From: Dehalococcoidia bacterium | GTDB lineage: Bacteria; Chloroflexota; Dehalococcoidia; DSTF01; RBG-16-68-14 | Direction: 5' to 3' | Length of the DNA: 33,222 nt | NCBI GenBank assembly: GCA_041497735.1 | Contig: JBGQHA010000002.1 | Coordinates: 1-33,222 of the forward strand | Part shown: positions 32,944 through 33,222 of the stretch, piece by piece | Layout: the number at the start of each line of letters is the position of its first letter | How positions within the stretch are numbered: position 1 is the stretch's first letter | Notes under the pieces: generated by a model | The model's input: the letters and a program-made list of their open reading frames with translations, nothing else | What the model was told of the DNA's origin: nothing | Database searches by the model: none | Made by a program: the position numbers and the translations under genes

Positions 32944-33222
32944 ATGGGACGGCCCATGCCCATACGCGCGCTCATCTTCGATTTCGGCGGCGTCATCACC
33001 AACATGCGCTGGGACGTCGCGGGACAGCTCGAGCAGAAGCACGGGCTGGAGAAGCGCACGCTCCTCCGGACGCTCTACGAAGCCGACGACTGGCGCTCGA
33101 TCGAGATCGGCCAGGGCGAGATCGACGTCTGGCGCGAGTCCGCCCACAAGCGCCTCGAGGAGGCGGCCGGCCGGCCGCTGCCGCACCTGCACGAGCAGTG
33201 GCGCAACTCTTGGGGGCTAATC
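32944..33222 (+). CDS. HAD-superfamily hydrolase, N-terminal part; continues beyond the window end
   Basis: Not in the ORF track because it has no stop in the window. Hand translation gives MGRPMPIRALIFDFGGVITNMRWDVAGQLEQKHGLEKRTLLRTLYEADDWRSIEIGQGEIDVW... HAD motif I is present as DxxGV (IFDFGGVI). An alternative ATG is at 32956. Confidence 0.72.
   Translation, partial: MGRPMPIRALIFDFGGVITNMRWDVAGQLEQKHGLEKRTLLRTLYEADDWRSIEIGQGEIDVWRESAHKRLEEAAGRPLPHLHEQWRNSWGLI

Overview
This is a 33.2-kb stretch of a high-GC bacterial chromosome. My hand counts of sample 60-nt lines give about 65-68% GC in core genes. Gene content and synteny look Terrabacteria-like (Chloroflexota/Actinomycetota-type); I cannot assign it further without a database search.

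Backbone, minus-strand array at the left: a partial SDR gene, a membrane HEPN/DUF4145-like gene, xerC, topA, dprA and a CNNM/CorC gene.

Backbone, plus-strand string: ruvX, mltG, aroE, two unknown envelope genes, aroC, a vapB-like gene with a frameshifted PIN gene, a GNAT gene, an aroK::aroB fusion and acyP. This string is almost gap-free.

Backbone, right of the string: convergent hisS and divergent rel; a lipoprotein; a minus-strand operon of serine hydrolase, cupin, 8TM-HD-GYP and a mini-TM ORF; nagB convergent with an ech-adh-nagA operon; an orphan lipoprotein; a NUMOD3-HNH endonuclease; and a partial HAD hydrolase.

I found no rRNA, tRNA or CRISPR array.

Five lower-GC patches (about 48-60% in hand-counted lines) interrupt the backbone:
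- 226-1080: REP-like repeats plus the HEPN-like gene.
- 6925-10520: a three-gene islet.
- 13730-14290.
- 16170-16720: the toxin-antitoxin-like pair.
- 30240-32940: the lipoprotein and HNH segment.

The best candidates for something not yet described are:
1. The 3.6-kb islet encoding a sugar-nucleotidyltransferase/LbH protein, a PIG-L deacetylase and a 404-aa orphan membrane protein, bounded by an exact 9-bp direct repeat.
2. The 2.6-kb segment bounded by a 12-bp inverted repeat, carrying an orphan 557-aa lipoprotein, a free-standing HNH endonuclease and a possible serine-recombinase relic.
3. The non-shikimate genes that appear translationally coupled (stop/start overlaps) inside the aro operon.

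I do not recognise any established multi-gene defence system here. Functional claims for the orphan genes are inference only.
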